Below, one piece after another: positions 26,316 to 39,149 of a DNA stretch of 64,000 nt (its first letter is position 1; each line of letters opens with the position of its first letter). The position numbers were made by a program, and so were the translations under genes. Source of the DNA: Chiloscyllium plagiosum (taxonomy: Eukaryota). The stretch lies in the NCBI RefSeq assembly GCF_004010195.1, contig NC_057739.1:7297992-7361991 (forward strand), read 5' to 3'. Below the pieces are notes generated by a model, which saw nothing but the letters and a program-made list of their open reading frames with translations, did not search any database and was not told the DNA's origin.

Positions 26316-26964
26316 TCTTACTGGGTCGCCGCCATCTTGGATCCCCGACCCAAAACTTTAACTTTGTTTCTCGCTCCACCAAAGCTGCCTGATCTGCTGA
26401 GTATTTCTAGTAATTTTGGTCTTCATGCTTGTGAAACCATGCTTGTTGGGATCGAGGTCTCTGTTCACAATGTGGATGAAAGCTCTGTAAAGGTGTTTAG
26501 AGATTGGCGCCAGTTCTATCCTCCATCTCCTGAGCTTTCTGAAATATAACAGGACACAGTTGAACCGAAGAATTTTGAGGAAATCTTTGAAGGAGGTAGT
26601 GTTGTGAAATCTTTAGAGTAGCATAGCAATCCCTAATGTCTTACTATGCAGCAATTTTCAGGGATTTACCTTAGCTAAACTATTAAATATTACATGTTTA
26701 ATGAGATCTGATATAATACTGAAGATATCGTGGTTGATAGGCTGAATGAACCTGTTGGTTGTTTTGTGTTCATTTTTGTATGTCCATTTTTATTCATCTG
26801 TCAGGAACAGCAAGTGAATCTTTTGAATCTATCTTTACAATTTCAACTATTCTGCCACCCTCTTTAAAGCTAATCACTTCTGAATAGTTTCCAGTGTTTA
26901 CCCTTCCCTTTTGTAAATGCCAATGGCTCAATTGCCCTAGAATCCATTCAAATTTCAGATATGA

Positions 26965-27127
26965 TTAGATTAGATTCCCTACAGTGTGGAAACAGGCCCT
27001 TCAGCCCAACAAGTCCACACCGACCCTCCAAAGAGTAACCCACCCAGACCCATTTCCCTCTGACTAATGCACCTAACACTATGAGCAATTTCGCGTGGCC
27101 AATTCACCTGACCTGCACATCCTTGGA
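26965..27127 (-). mobile_element. 5'-truncated HE1 SINE
   Basis: ttagattagattccctacagtgtggaaacaggccc...acctgacctgcacat. Confidence 0.9.
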
Positions 27128-27304
27128 AATAAGAAAGACTGAATCCTTTGTACCTTTTATCTCTTGCTACTTATTTCAATAATAGCCTAACTATGTGGCA
27201 CTTCCTTGACCAAAAGGGAAAAGTTGAATTGCTGACTCCTAACCCTGTAGATGGACCATTAGGACAAGATACAGGAGTGTCCCATTAGGGCATTAATCTT
27301 GTTG

Positions 27305-27520
27305 GGTCTCCTGCAATGGCAGCGTCCCTATGTCTGGTCCGCAAGGCCTGGGTTGAAATCCCACCTGAGCCAAAAGTGTGTCTGTGCAAGTTGATTAGGA
27401 AAAACATGTAGCATCTTGTGGCACAGTGGTAGTATCCTTTCTCGAAGCCAGGAGACCCATGTTCAAGTCCCACCTGCTCCAGTGGTATGTGATAACATCT
27501 CTGGACAAATCATTTAAAAC
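27305..27520 (+). mobile_element. Two tandem short (about 110 bp) tRNA-derived repeats
   Basis: A-box-like gtggcacagtggtag, B-box gttcaagtccc, then acctgctccag..taacatctctg. Related copies at 25590-25690, 48405-48640 (x2) and 51772-51880. Confidence 0.65.
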
Positions 27521-28224
27521 ATATCTAGATTTCTTTCTTGTTTCAGCTGTGCCACTCCACATTGCCAACAAATTCCTCAGGTGCCCGAGTGTTCCTTACC
27601 CTCGCTAAGATTGACAACACATGTTTGGTGATGGAATGTGCATTAATCATGTATTGATCAATTCCTCAATTTTACAGAGTCAGAACAGAGATATCAGGTT
27701 AGATGGCCAAACGCTGGGTAAAGGAGGTCGGCTGCAAGGAACCTGTTTCAGAGAAAAGCTTGGTAGAGATGGGGAAGGCAGTGTGAGTAGGTGGTTCTAG
27801 AGTTTAGGGCCCAAGTGATCCACCCTTGAGCTCCCTCTGAGTAGGAAGTCTAACTAGTACCAACTACTAATGGATTTGGAACTGCAGAAATTTCCTTTCA
27901 TTCTGGGGCCCTTATACCTAACAGAAAGAGGAAACATTTATCAAATGGGTCTGGACTCAATTCAGTTCAGTTTAGTAACCATTAGCTTGTGTTAGTAACT
28001 TTGTTTGTTCAGAGCTTTCAGCTTTTATAATTAATGCAGTGAAAGATTTTCCTAATGATGTGGAAAATTGAGTGGGTATTAGACTTTCAAATATTACTGT
28101 GCTAGGGCATAATACTACAACTTAACGTCTTCACTCCAATACTACCATAGATGAATGTCAGAAGTTGAATGACCAGGTTAACATTTATTCTTAATGTTTC
28201 CGTGGTTTTCTTGCCCTCACACAG

Positions 28225-28338
28225 GTGGAAGCTCTTACACGCCAGCCCTCCGCAACCACTGTTCATGCCGTGAGAGACTCTGAATTAGCCAAACTTCCTG
28301 AGGGAGCTTTGAACTCCATCAAGCGCAGGTACCCTCAG
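28225..28338 (+). CDS. PNPLA6: Internal coding exon of neuropathy target esterase family gene (end of cNMP-binding domain 3)
   Basis: Acceptor ttgccctcacacag|GTG and donor CAG|gtaagg; 114 nt, phase 0-0. Translates [38 protein letters not shown], matching recalled PNPLA6/7 [18 protein letters not shown][T/S]ELAKLP..IKRRYPQ. PNPLA6 versus PNPLA7 assignment is by eye only. Confidence 0.93.
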
Positions 28339-28597
28339 GTAAGGAAAACACGCCTCTTCAATAAACAGAATTTCCTGTCAGAATGTTACTTTCTTCGTGT
28401 CCAGAAACTGATTAAGTGCTCTTTCACATCACAATTTGCAGAAACATAACCAGTTTGCACCAGTCCCCAAGAATAGAGTTGAAAAAACTGTTTCGGTCTG
28501 AATGATTGACCCTTAAGAAGGTACATGACATGTCCTTCACCTATGGCTGTCGACTTTTTATTATAGCTGGGTTTTCAAACTCTCTGTGGGTCATAAA

Positions 28598-28951
28598 ATA
28601 GAATCATCGAATCCCAATATATGGAAACAGGTCATTCGGACCAACAAGTCCACACCGACCCTCCGAAGAGTAACCCACCCAGACCCATTCCCCTACCATT
28701 TTACTCCACTTTTACCCCTGACTAATGCACCTAACCACATATCCCAAAACACTATGGGCAAGTTAGCATGGCCAATGCACCTAACCTGCACATCTTTGGA
28801 TTGTGGGAGGAAACCAGAGCACCCGGAGGAAACCCATGCAGACACGGAGAATGTGCAAATTCCACACAGACAGTCACCCTAGGTTGGAATCAAACCTGAG
28901 ACCCTGGAACTGTGAGACAGCAGTGCTAACCACTGAGCCACTGTGCCGCCC
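28598..28951 (-). mobile_element. HE1 V-SINE
   Basis: Full head, V-domain and tail present. Confidence 0.92.
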
Positions 28952-29422
28952 TCAAATCCAAGAACGGCAAAAATCCTGTGGATGCGGAAAATCTGAAGCA
29001 AAAACAGAAAATGCTGGACCTACTCAACAGGTCAGGTATGGGATCATGAAAGGTCTATTGAAAAGTCATTTTAAATTAACTTCTCCAATGCTGACTGACA
29101 GCAGAGCATTTCCAGCAGTCTTTGTTTCTATTTCTTGAGCAGGTGAGCCTGTCCTTTGAAATCTTGCACTGCTGTGTTGTGTTTACAGTAAAACTGAATC
29201 TTTTATGCAACTATTGTGAAATAATTTATGTGGTGCTGATAGAGTTTTTCACAGCACTGAGAGAGAGGAGCTAGGTCTCCTTGAGCACTTGTATCACTGC
29301 CAAGTGGAAGAAGATTCTAATCATATGGGTGTGTGCCAGAAACGGGGAGCTGATCCTGGGGCTCTGGTTGTGGCACAGTGCCAATGCTGTCAGCACAGTA
29401 ACAAGACCGCACCTCTGAATTA

Positions 29423-29656
29423 AGATTAGAGTAGTGCTGGAAAAGCACCGCAGGTCAAGCAGCATCCGAGCAGCTGGAAGGTCGATGTCTTGGGCATAAG
29501 CCCTTCCTCAGGAATGAGAGGATTCCTTCCTGATGAAGGGCTTTTGCCCAAAAAAATCTCGATTTTCCTGCTCTGCGGATGCTGCCTGACCTGTCATGCT
29601 TTTCCAGCACCACTCTAATCTTGACTCCAGTCTCCAGCACCTGCAAGACCCACTTT
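29423..29656. mobile_element. Palindromic family-A PLE mini-element, 15-bp TSD
   Basis: Inverted arms about 29423-29514 and 29527-29623. TSD cgcacct(c/t)tgaatta at 29408-29422 and 29657-29671. Both hammerheads are decayed. Confidence 0.85.
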
Positions 29657-30025
29657 CGCACCTTTGAATTAGTCTTGGCGTTAGTGGCAAAATGGGTATC
29701 GTGGCAAAATCAACTATGCTACACTACGATTAACAAAGCACCAAGGTCTTATAAACAGTCTGAGTGCAACTTCATCTTGGAAACCAAAGCTTGATCACTC
29801 TAAATTAATTAAAAACAAGAGCCATTGCTGCACATGAAAATTGACTTCTACATCAAAGTAGACTTTTGACCTTTTTTGAACTTGTGTTTTTTTTACAAAG
29901 GATGCAATGTGGGAACCCACTTATTGTATTACGTACTGCAAAATTGTGTTTTCTCTGCGTGGGATTAACATTTAAGGATTTCATGTCAGCTTTCATGCAT
30001 TAAAGTGACAGGCAAATACTTCAAA

Positions 30026-30325
30026 TAGAATCATACAATCCTTACAGTGCTAATAAGACATCATTTGGCCCATCGAGTGCGCACTGACCCTCTGAGGAGC
30101 ATCCCGGCCAGACCTACTCATTCCCCCTTCCACCTACATTTAGCATGGCCAATCCACCTAACCTGCACATCTTTGGACTGTGGGAGGAAACCGGAGCACC
30201 CGGAGGAAACCCACGCAGACACTGGAAGAAAGTGCAAACTCCATACAGACAGTTTCCCGAGGCTGGAATCGAACCCAGGTCCCTGGCACTGTGAGGCAGC
30301 AGTGCTAACCACTGAGCCACCATGC
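30026..30325 (-). mobile_element. HE1 V-SINE
   Basis: Head, V-domain and tail present. Confidence 0.9.
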
Positions 30326-31829
30326 TGTTGCTGGCGGCAGGCTGTCACAAAGCATTTGTCACTTTTGGGATGACAAGGTGCCAACTTCCTGTATGGTGTT
30401 GTGAAATTTGACAGAATCATTACTCGATGCTGCTCAGGAACTGTTGTTATCTACTTGCTTTTCTTCCTTCCAGCTAAACACATGCTGCAGTGAAAACATT
30501 TTATTTCCCACTACTGAACATGCTTCCTTTGATTTTGTGTTATGTCCTTCACAGTGTTTCCAACTTGCATTCTGACTTTGTTTTTTCTGCTGGCCTTTCT
30601 GCAACTATTTCTTTCTGAGCTCTGGTGTTGAGCACATAATTCGTAAATTTACTTTAATAGAGGACTCAAAACAGGTCATCAAGGTCTTCAACATTTCTCC
30701 AATTTGGTTTTTCTGCTCCTCGACAATATCTAAGATGCAATACAACCAGTAGCACTGACTCCCACACCTATATAACTACTGTAATTTGTTCAGTTTCCTG
30801 TTTACCTCTATGGTTAGGTCATAATCTTGCCATCATGATAAAATGAAGAGCTGGAGATCTGAAACAAAAGCAAAATTGCTTGTGAAACATAGTGGACCCG
30901 AAAACATTTGTGGGAAGAAAGCAGAGCCAACGTCCAGAGTTGTCGAAGAAAGGCAGTTTAGAGCAAAACTAAAAGACGTTTGTCCCACATGTCATTAATT
31001 CTGCAAATTTATTACAGGAATCGGGTAAGATAGGATCTGCAATGTGGGGTAGGTAGGTTATACAGTGGGTCAGAAAATACTGGGTTCAGGAAGTCAGGTG
31101 AATCTGCTTGACAACATATGCTTGCCAGAACAATCCTGCACTCTTTTAAATCAATTCACACTGAAATAATTTAAAGAAGCTAAGCTATTACGGTCCATTC
31201 CCTCCTTTCAGAATTAGAATCCTGAAGAAATCTCCTTAAGTGCATTCCAGGCTCTCTCTTTACTTAATTTTGGTTTGACTGAGTGTTTCTGCAAATGTTG
31301 TCAATTCTTTTTTACTCTAATAATCATTAAATATCACATACACTAACCAGATTGTAAAATAAACTTGCATATGCAGGAACCCTGAAATTAAAATTCTCCA
31401 GTGCTGGAAATGTTTCAGAAATTGAGCTTGCTTCTCTACTCAGAGAGTTGTGTGAATGTGGAACTCATCATCACAAAGAGTAGCTGAGACCAGGAACATG
31501 GATACGTTTAAGAGAAAGTTAGATCAGAAGCTGATAGAGAAAGGAGAAGAAGGATAGTCCTAAATATGATGGCTTGATGTTTAGTAGCGGGGTCAGGGTC
31601 TAAGGGGAGGTAGAAGGAAGTTTGAGAAACTGACATCACCTTCGTCGGCAGGTTTGGTGTCAGTGTTGTGATCGGACCTGACAGAATGGAATGTAGCAAG
31701 TTCAGAAGAAGGCAAGTTAGATTGAATGGTGGGAGCAGAGAAATTGAGATGGGTAATGTCATTACTGGTAGCTTTCATTGAAGAGAGAGTCAGAGGTCAG
31801 AGGGAGAGTTCTAAGTGGGGTTGGTCGTA

Positions 31830-32330
31830 TAATGAGGGAAAAGACCCAGCTGGAGAGGGTTCAGGAGAGATTCACTAGGATGCTGCCACGTATGGAAGGT
31901 TTGAGTTATAAAAAAAGGCTAGAAAGACCGGGACACTTTTCACTGGAGTGTAGGAGATACATAGATGACCTAACAGAAGTTTATGCAATCATGAGGGATA
32001 AAGGTCGGGTTAATGGTAGGTGTCTTTTCCCGAGGATGGGGAATTTCCAGAGTAGGGGATATGTTTTTAAGGTGAGAGTAGAGAGATTTAAAAAGACATG
32101 AGGGATTAATTCTTTATAAAGAAGGTGGTTTGTGTGTGGAATGAACTTCTTGAAGAAGTGGTGGATGTGGGCACAATTACAACGTTTAAAAGGCATTTAG
32201 ATAAGTACATGAATTGAAGTGGTTAGGCAGGATATGGGTCAGGACCAGGCAGGTAGGACTAATTTAGTTTGGGATTATGCTTGGCATGGACTGTTGGACC
32301 AAAGGATCCGTTTCTGTGCTGTATGACTCT
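31830..32330 (+). mobile_element. CR1 LINE 3' fragment
   Basis: LERVQERFTRMLPRMEGLSYKKRLER...DLTEVYAIMR plus CR1 tail. Confidence 0.9.
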
Positions 32331-35195
32331 GATAAGGTGATATGTGGAGATCGAATTGGATAGGAGATGCTGGGGTAGCACATGAATGAATATTTAGGCT
32401 AACTGGTGAGTATCTCTGCTGCGTATTCTGTTTGATTGGAGGAAGCACATCAACGTTTGAAAAGGCAAGTTGTCTGAGTTATATTTCATCTGTCATATTT
32501 GAGATGGGGCTCAGCTGCCTATCCTGTCCAGTTCATGGTGTGGTTTGCTTTTCTTTCACGCTGAACAGTTACTCGGAAGGGGCTTTGAGTTCACTGATGA
32601 TCTAAATGACATTTTGTGTATTGCAAGGGCTGATTGTCATTGCATGCGCTTGAGTATGGATTAAAGTTTGCTTAGTTCACTGATGATTAAATTCTTCATT
32701 TAATTATCATTTTTTAATTAGGTCTCAGTGCAGCTTTGGGTACATTTTAGTTTATCAACAAATACGGTTGGCTGCTCAGTTATTACCATGGTTATTAAAG
32801 GTCTGTTCTGAGACACTCATACCAAAGAAGGTTAAAAGTTTTATTTGAATGATGCTTGTGACATTTCTGGAGGCGTTCATTCAGCATAACAGCATGGGGC
32901 TTTGTTTCCCTGGTAACAGTGGCCTGAGTCATCTTTCTTGAAAGCTGAAGCATTTTCTTTTGTTATTTTGCTAAATAAGAATGTTCAGAAAATGACGGAC
33001 ACGTGTTTTCCAGAAATTTCTGTGTGTGGTTGAGATCACCATCATCTTTGTGGCAGTAGATGAGGCTCTTTGTTCCCTTCAGAACTGGAAGTGGCTTGGA
33101 GAGCAGCTGCAACATGTGCATCTGAAGAATCGTCCATGGTTGGAGTGTGAGAAAATACATGGCACACTGTGCAACCGAGGATGGTACTGGGAGTGAGGGA
33201 ATGGGTAGCTCGCACTATGAATCTATTTGGAGATTGAGATGGGAAATAGGATTGGGCAGCACACTATGAAATCCCTGGAGATGGGGTTTGGGTTGAAAGA
33301 TTGCTGAGAGACTGGAAACTATGGCAGCTGGAGGAACATGACTATCCATGTACATGAATCAGAAAGCTAACTTGCAGATGCAACAAGTAATTAAGAAAGC
33401 AAATGTTCAGGCAAATGTTTAGGGCTATGGGTTTGAGTATCTCCATGACAGATAGTGAAACTTGAATTCAGTAGAAATCTGGTGTTATAAACCAGCCTAA
33501 TGGTGACCATGCACCATCTGTCAATTGTCATAGCATCTGGTTGATTAATATCCTTCTGAGTAGGATATCCAGCATCCTTACCTGGTCTGGTCTACATGTG
33601 ACTCCAGATTCACATAACTGCCATCTGGCCAATTAGGGATGGACAATAAATACTGCCAGGTCAGTGTGAGTGAATGAAAAAAGCACTGATCTTAACACTA
33701 GCTATTGTGGATCTTGATGAAGCCACACCTGATGTTTTGTCAACAATTTAGAACTTGGAGAAACCTTGTAGAAATTGCAACAGAGATTCACTAGACTAGG
33801 TACTGGTGAGTAGAGTTGACCTTTAACCTCTAAGAATTAGAATAATAATTGATCATGGGGAGCTTTAAAGTTTTGGTCACAGCCTTCAAATAAGACGTCA
33901 GTCCTTTAGGACTGCAATAAAACCTATCTTTATTCAAAGTGTTGTGAATCTTCGGATTGTCTGTTGTAGGGAGCTGTGAGTGCTCATTGTTGGTGTTTAT
34001 ACAAGACAGAGCTCAATGCTGTGGATGTTAAGGGAATTGACAGATGAGGAAAAGCATAGGAAGATGAAGTTGATGTAGAAATGTCAGACGAGATATTGAA
34101 TTGTAGTGCAGGCTTGACGGGTTGAGTGACCTACTCCAAATCCAATTTCTTTTCTTCTGGAAAGGAACTGTAAACTCTATTGAGGATGAAGTTAAGTTCA
34201 TGTGATGGGAAGCACAGTAATGGTCTGGGGATGTTGAAATGAGTTCTGTTTGGAAAGGGTCTTTCCCCTTGTTGATAGCTGGTAATTGTAGGGAATTCTA
34301 TAATTAGGGGGAATAGATAGTATCCTTTGTAAGCAGCATCAAGAGTCCCGCATGGTGTGTTGGTGCGGGACACCTCTGACCAGCTTAAAAGGGGATTGCA
34401 GAGGGAGGAGGAGGATCAAGTTGTTGTGGTCCACATCAAACCAAAAAACATAGGCAAGACTAGGAAAGAGGACCTCCTCAGGGGTTATCAAGAGCTAGAA
34501 GCCAAATTAAAGATTATGCCCCCAGGTCCTCAGGAGGCATAATCTGTGGATTACTGCCTGAGCCACATGCAAATTGGCATTCGGACACAAGAATAAACAA
34601 AGTAATCACATAGCTAAAAGTGTGGTGTGGGAAAGAGGGGTTCCTTTTCATGGGGCACGGGCATCAGTATTGGAACAGGAAGGATCTGTACTGTTGGTAC
34701 GGTCTCCACCTGAACCGAGCTGGGGCCAGTATTCTAGCAAAAAGGTGGTCAACAGGACTTTAAACAAGGAAGTGGAAGGGAAGAGTAAAACTCCTAAAAA
34801 GTGTAATGACCAATGGGAAGCAAAACTGCAGGTTAATGTCTGTAGGGCTGGACTCCACATTGAAAAATATGGAAAAAAAGAAAAGAAAGGAGAACTCAGG
34901 TTATTTAAATTTCCAGCACACAAAGTAGGACCGAGTGTTTGGAAAAGGTTAGGAATCAAACTTCAAACACTCTGCATAAATGATTAACAATGAGAAGAGG
35001 GATGTTCAGTACAGGACTGAAGATGTATCTGAATGTGAGCAGTATAAGAAAGAAGGTAAATGAGCTGGTGGCACAAACTGAAATTGGCAGGTATGATGTA
35101 GTGGGCATTACGGAGACGTGGCTGCAAGGGGATCAGGACTTAGAGCTAAACATGCAAAGCTATATGTCCTATTGAAAAGACGAGGGGGTGGGGTT

Positions 35196-35359
35196 AGAAT
35201 GGTTCTGGAAAAGCATAGCAGGTAAGGCAGCATCTGAGGAGCAGGAACATCGACGTTTTGGGCAAAAGCCCTTCATCAGGAATGGAGACCATCAGGAATT
35301 CCAGCACCACTCTAATCCTGACTCTGGTTTACAGCATCTGCAGTCCTCACTTTTGCCTA
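35196..35359 (-). mobile_element. Family-A PLE mini-element with partial inverted end, perfect 14-bp TSD
   Basis: TSD gagggggtggggtt at 35182-35195 and 35360-35373. Hammerhead reverse complement attcCTGATGAagggcttttgcccAAAACGTC (G12 to A). Confidence 0.87.
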
Positions 35360-35520
35360 GAGGGGGTGGGGTTGCCTTGTTAGTGAAAAATGACATTAAA
35401 TCAATAGCAATAAACAAAGTAGGGTCAGATGATGTAGAATCTGTGTGGGTAGAGTTGAACCGTAAAGGTGAGAAAACCATAATAGGAGTTATCTACAGGC
35501 CTCCAAACAGTAGTCAGGAT

Positions 35521-36353
35521 CTGGATATCTGTTTGCTTGCTGAGCTAGAAGGTTTGGTTTTAGATGTTTTGTCGCCATGCTAGGTAACATAATCAGTGAG
35601 CCTCCAGATGAAGCACTGGTGGCGTGGCCCACTTTCTATTTGTGTTTAGGTTGATGATGTCATTTCCTGCTCTTTTTCTCAGGGGGTGGTAAATGGGATC
35701 CAAGTCAATGTGTTTATTGATAGAATTGGAATGCCATGCTTCTAGGAATTCTTGTGCGTGTCTCTGTTTGGCTTGTCCTGGGATGGGTATGTTGTCCCAG
35801 TCGAAGTGGTATCTTTTCTCACCTGTATGTAACCATACTCGTGAGAGTGGGTCAATTCTTTTTGTGGCTAGTTGATGTTCACGTATCCTGGTGATTAGTT
35901 TTCTGCCTGTCCAATGTAATGTTTGTTACAGTACTTACAAGGTATTTTGTAAATGACATTAGTTTTGCTTGTTGTCTGTATAGGATCTTTCAAGTTCATT
36001 AGCTGCTGTTTTAGTGTGTTGGGGGAGTTTATGGGCTACCATGATGCCAAGGGGTCTGAGTAGGCTGGCAGTCATTTCCGAGATATCTTTGATGTAGGGG
36101 AGAGTGGCTAGGGTTTCTGGAATGTGTTCTGTCTGCTTGTTGGGGTTTGTTGCTGAGGAATCAGCGGACTGTGTTCATTGGTGCCCGTTCTTTGTGAATA
36201 CACTATATGTGATTTTCCTCTGTGCTGTAGGGTGTGGTGGCTCATTGAAATAATGTTCTATTATTTCCACCACACACTGCACTGAAACGTCTAAAAAGGA
36301 ACCTTCCAGCTCAGCGAGCAAACCTTGAGCTACAAACTTGCTCAAAACTCACT
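35521..36353 (-). mobile_element. Penelope-like element (family C), GIY-YIG endonuclease remnant with inverted termini
   Basis: Reverse complement about 35970-35720 reads TNVIYKIPCKYCNKHYIGQ..GRKLITRIREHQ..FDWDN..FLEAWHSN (frameshifted). Termini match 2457-2675. Possible TSD agtagtcaggat / aataatcaggat. Confidence 0.85.
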
Positions 36354-36424
36354 AATAATCAGGATTCGGGTAACAAAGACAAATTTGCACCTTGATTTTC
36401 TAAGACCTCGTGATACTGATAGGA

Positions 36425-36548
36425 TATGAAGGGCTTAAGCCTGAAAAGTTGACTCTCCTGCTCGGATGCTGCCTGACCTGCAGTGTTTTTCCAGTGCCAC
36501 ACTTTTCGACTCTGACTCTCCAGTGTCTGCAGTCCTCATTTTCTCCAA
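36425..36548 (+). mobile_element. Family-A PLE terminal fragment
   Basis: tgaagggcttaagcctgaaaagttgactctcctgctcggatgctgcctgacctg...ctgcagtcctca. Confidence 0.8.
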
Positions 36549-39149
36549 AGGGAAGATGGCTGACCAGAGAAGTCAGGGACTGCATAAAAATAAAAAACAC
36601 ATATAATGTGGTGAAGGGCAGTGGGAAGTCAGAAGGTTGGGAAACCTTCAAAGTCCAACAGAGGACAATGAAGAAAGAAATAAAGATGAGAGTCAGTTGG
36701 CCAGTAATATGAGGGAAGATTGCAACAGGTTTATTTAGATATACAAAGAGCAAAAGAGAGGCAAAAGTGGACATTGGACCTCTGGAAAGTGATGCTGGAG
36801 ATCTGCTAATAGGGAACAAAGAAATGCCTGAGGAACTGAATGAGTACTTTGTGTCAGTCTTCATGGTGGAAGACATGAGTAATATCCCAAAAATTCAAGA
36901 GAGTTAGGGGTTGGAAATGACTACGGTAGCCATCACAAAGGAGAAGGTGCTAGAAAAACTGAATGGCCTGAAGGTGGATAAATCACCTGGACAAGGTGGA
37001 CTACACCCTAGAGTTCTGAAGGAGATAACTGAAGAGATGGTGGAGCCTTTCATAGCGATCCTTCTGGTATCACTGGAATCGAGGATTGGAAAATTGCTAA
37101 TGTAACCTCCCTGTTTAAGAAGGGAGTAAGGCAAAAGATGGAAAGTTATAGGCCAGTTAGCCTGACCTCAGTCATTGGTAATATTTTGGAGTCCATTGTG
37201 AAGGGTGAGATTTCTGAATATTTGAAAGTGCATGGTAAAATAGGGCAAAATCAGCATGGTTATATCAAGGGGAGGTCATGCAGAATTCTTTGAGGAAGTA
37301 ACGAGCAGGTTAGACCAATGAGAGCCAAAGGATGTTATCCATCTGGACTTCCAGAAGGCCTTTGATAAGGTGCCACACAAGAGGCTGCTGAGTAAGATAA
37401 AGTCCCATGGTGTTAGAGACAAGGTACTAGCATGGATAGAAGCTTGGCTGTCTGGCAGAGAGTGGCGATAAAAGGGTCCTTCTCAGGATGGGAGCCAGTG
37501 ACTTCCGCAAGGGTCAATGTTGGAATCACAACTTTTCACTTTACACATTAATGATCTGGGTGAAGAAACTGGGGGCATTATGCTAAGTTTGCAGATAATA
37601 CAAAGATAGTGGAGGGGCAGGTAGTGTTGAGGAGGCAGGGAGGCTGAGAAAGATTTAAACCGGTTAGGAATGTGGACTAAGAAAAGGCAGATGAAATGCA
37701 ATGTGTGAAAAGTGAGAAGTCATGCACTTTGGTAGGAAGAATAGAGGCATGGGTTATTTTCTATATGGGAAGAAAATTCAGAAATCTGAAGTGCAAAGGG
37801 ACTTGAGAGTCCTAGTCCAGGATTCTCTTAAGGTAAACTTGCAGGTTGAGTTGGTAATTCGGAAGGCAAATAAAATGTTGTCATTTATCTTGAGAGGACT
37901 AGAATATAAAAGCATTCATTGAAAGCTTTATAAGACTCCGGTCAGACCAGATTTAGAGTATTGTTATCAATTTAAGGTTCCATATTTCAGGATGGATGTT
38001 TTGACCCTGGAGCAGATCCAGAGGAGTTTCACGAGAATGATTTCAGGAATGAAAGGCTTAACATATGAAGAACGTTTGAGAACTCTAGGACTAGCCTCGA
38101 TGTAGTTTAGAAGGATGACGGGGGATCTGATTGAAACTTACAGAATACTGAATGGCCTGAACAGAGTGGATGTTGGGAAGATGTTTCTATTGACAGGAGA
38201 GACGAGGACCCGAGGGCATAGCCTTAGAGTCAAGGGATGACCCTTTAGAACAGAGAGAACAAGAACCCTCTTTAGCCAGAGAGTGATGAATTAATTGCCA
38301 CAGAAGGCTGTGGAGGCCAGGTCATTGAGTATATTTAAGACTGAGGTAGATAGGTTTTTGTTTGCCAAGGGGATTAAAGGTTACTGGGAGAAAGCAGGAA
38401 AATGGGGTTGAAAAACCCATCAGCTGTGATCAAATGGTGGATCGAAGGGCCTAATTTCTGCTCCTGTGGTTGTAAGTTTGTACTTTTGCACTTTGTTGAC
38501 AGAAGCCAGCAGTTGTTTTAATGGGGACTATTAAATTCCTTGCCCCCACTCCCACACACCAGGCCTTGTTATCGTATGATCTGCTATTACCCACTACCCA
38601 TTGTTGATCACTAATAGTCCCCATAAAATTGCTCCTAGTTTCGAGTGCGTGTCAAATGAGAGTGTACACTGAGCAAAATATTTAAGATGTAGAACAGCAC
38701 ACCAGCAGCAGCAGCAATTCCTGTGAATTTATTTACCAACTACATAAGCATGTCTTGCCTTTCTATTTGGCAGTAAAGAGCTTTGAAAATACTTTCCCGG
38801 TTCTAGGACTGTTTATTGTGCGTGAAGATTCTTTTTGACTCGCATTAGCTGCGTTGTTGACTGAAAGGGAGCAGCATTCTTCAGTGTTTTAAGTGAATAA
38901 TGAGTCTGGAATAAATTAACATTTGACTGCTGTGCTCCAGGATTGTGCATTCTCAGGTGTCTCTGATGGCAGTGAGCTCAGGGTGAGGGGGTTGCCAGTT
39001 TGTTTTACAGCTCTGGTATGTTAGAGTAGAAATGTCTTTGTAAGATCACTGTCACTGTCATAGTATTGCACAAGTGCATTTTATCTGCTTGTGCAAATGA
39101 GTTTTTGAAAGAAAAGTTCCAAGAGTGCTTCAGTAGTGAGTTATAGATG

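Larger units (their letters stand above)
34240..38470 (+). mobile_element. Long degenerate CR1 LINE (ORF1 SGNH-esterase-like remnant, ORF2 APE-RT, 3' UTR) with three PLE insertions
   Basis: ORF1-like IVGNSIIRG..VVVVHI; APE YLNVSSIRKK..VVGITETWL and GVIYRPPNS; RT region KSPGQGGLHPRVLKE, LDFQKAFDKVPH, MHFGRKN; tail at about 38400-38470. Many stops and frameshifts. Confidence 0.9.

Noticed and set aside
26326-26340. YY1-like motif cgccgccatcttgg
   Set aside because: Single motif at a contig edge beside a repeat remnant, with no other promoter evidence.
34240-38470. Potentially active autonomous LINE
   Set aside because: Multiple stops, frameshifts, deletions and nested insertions.
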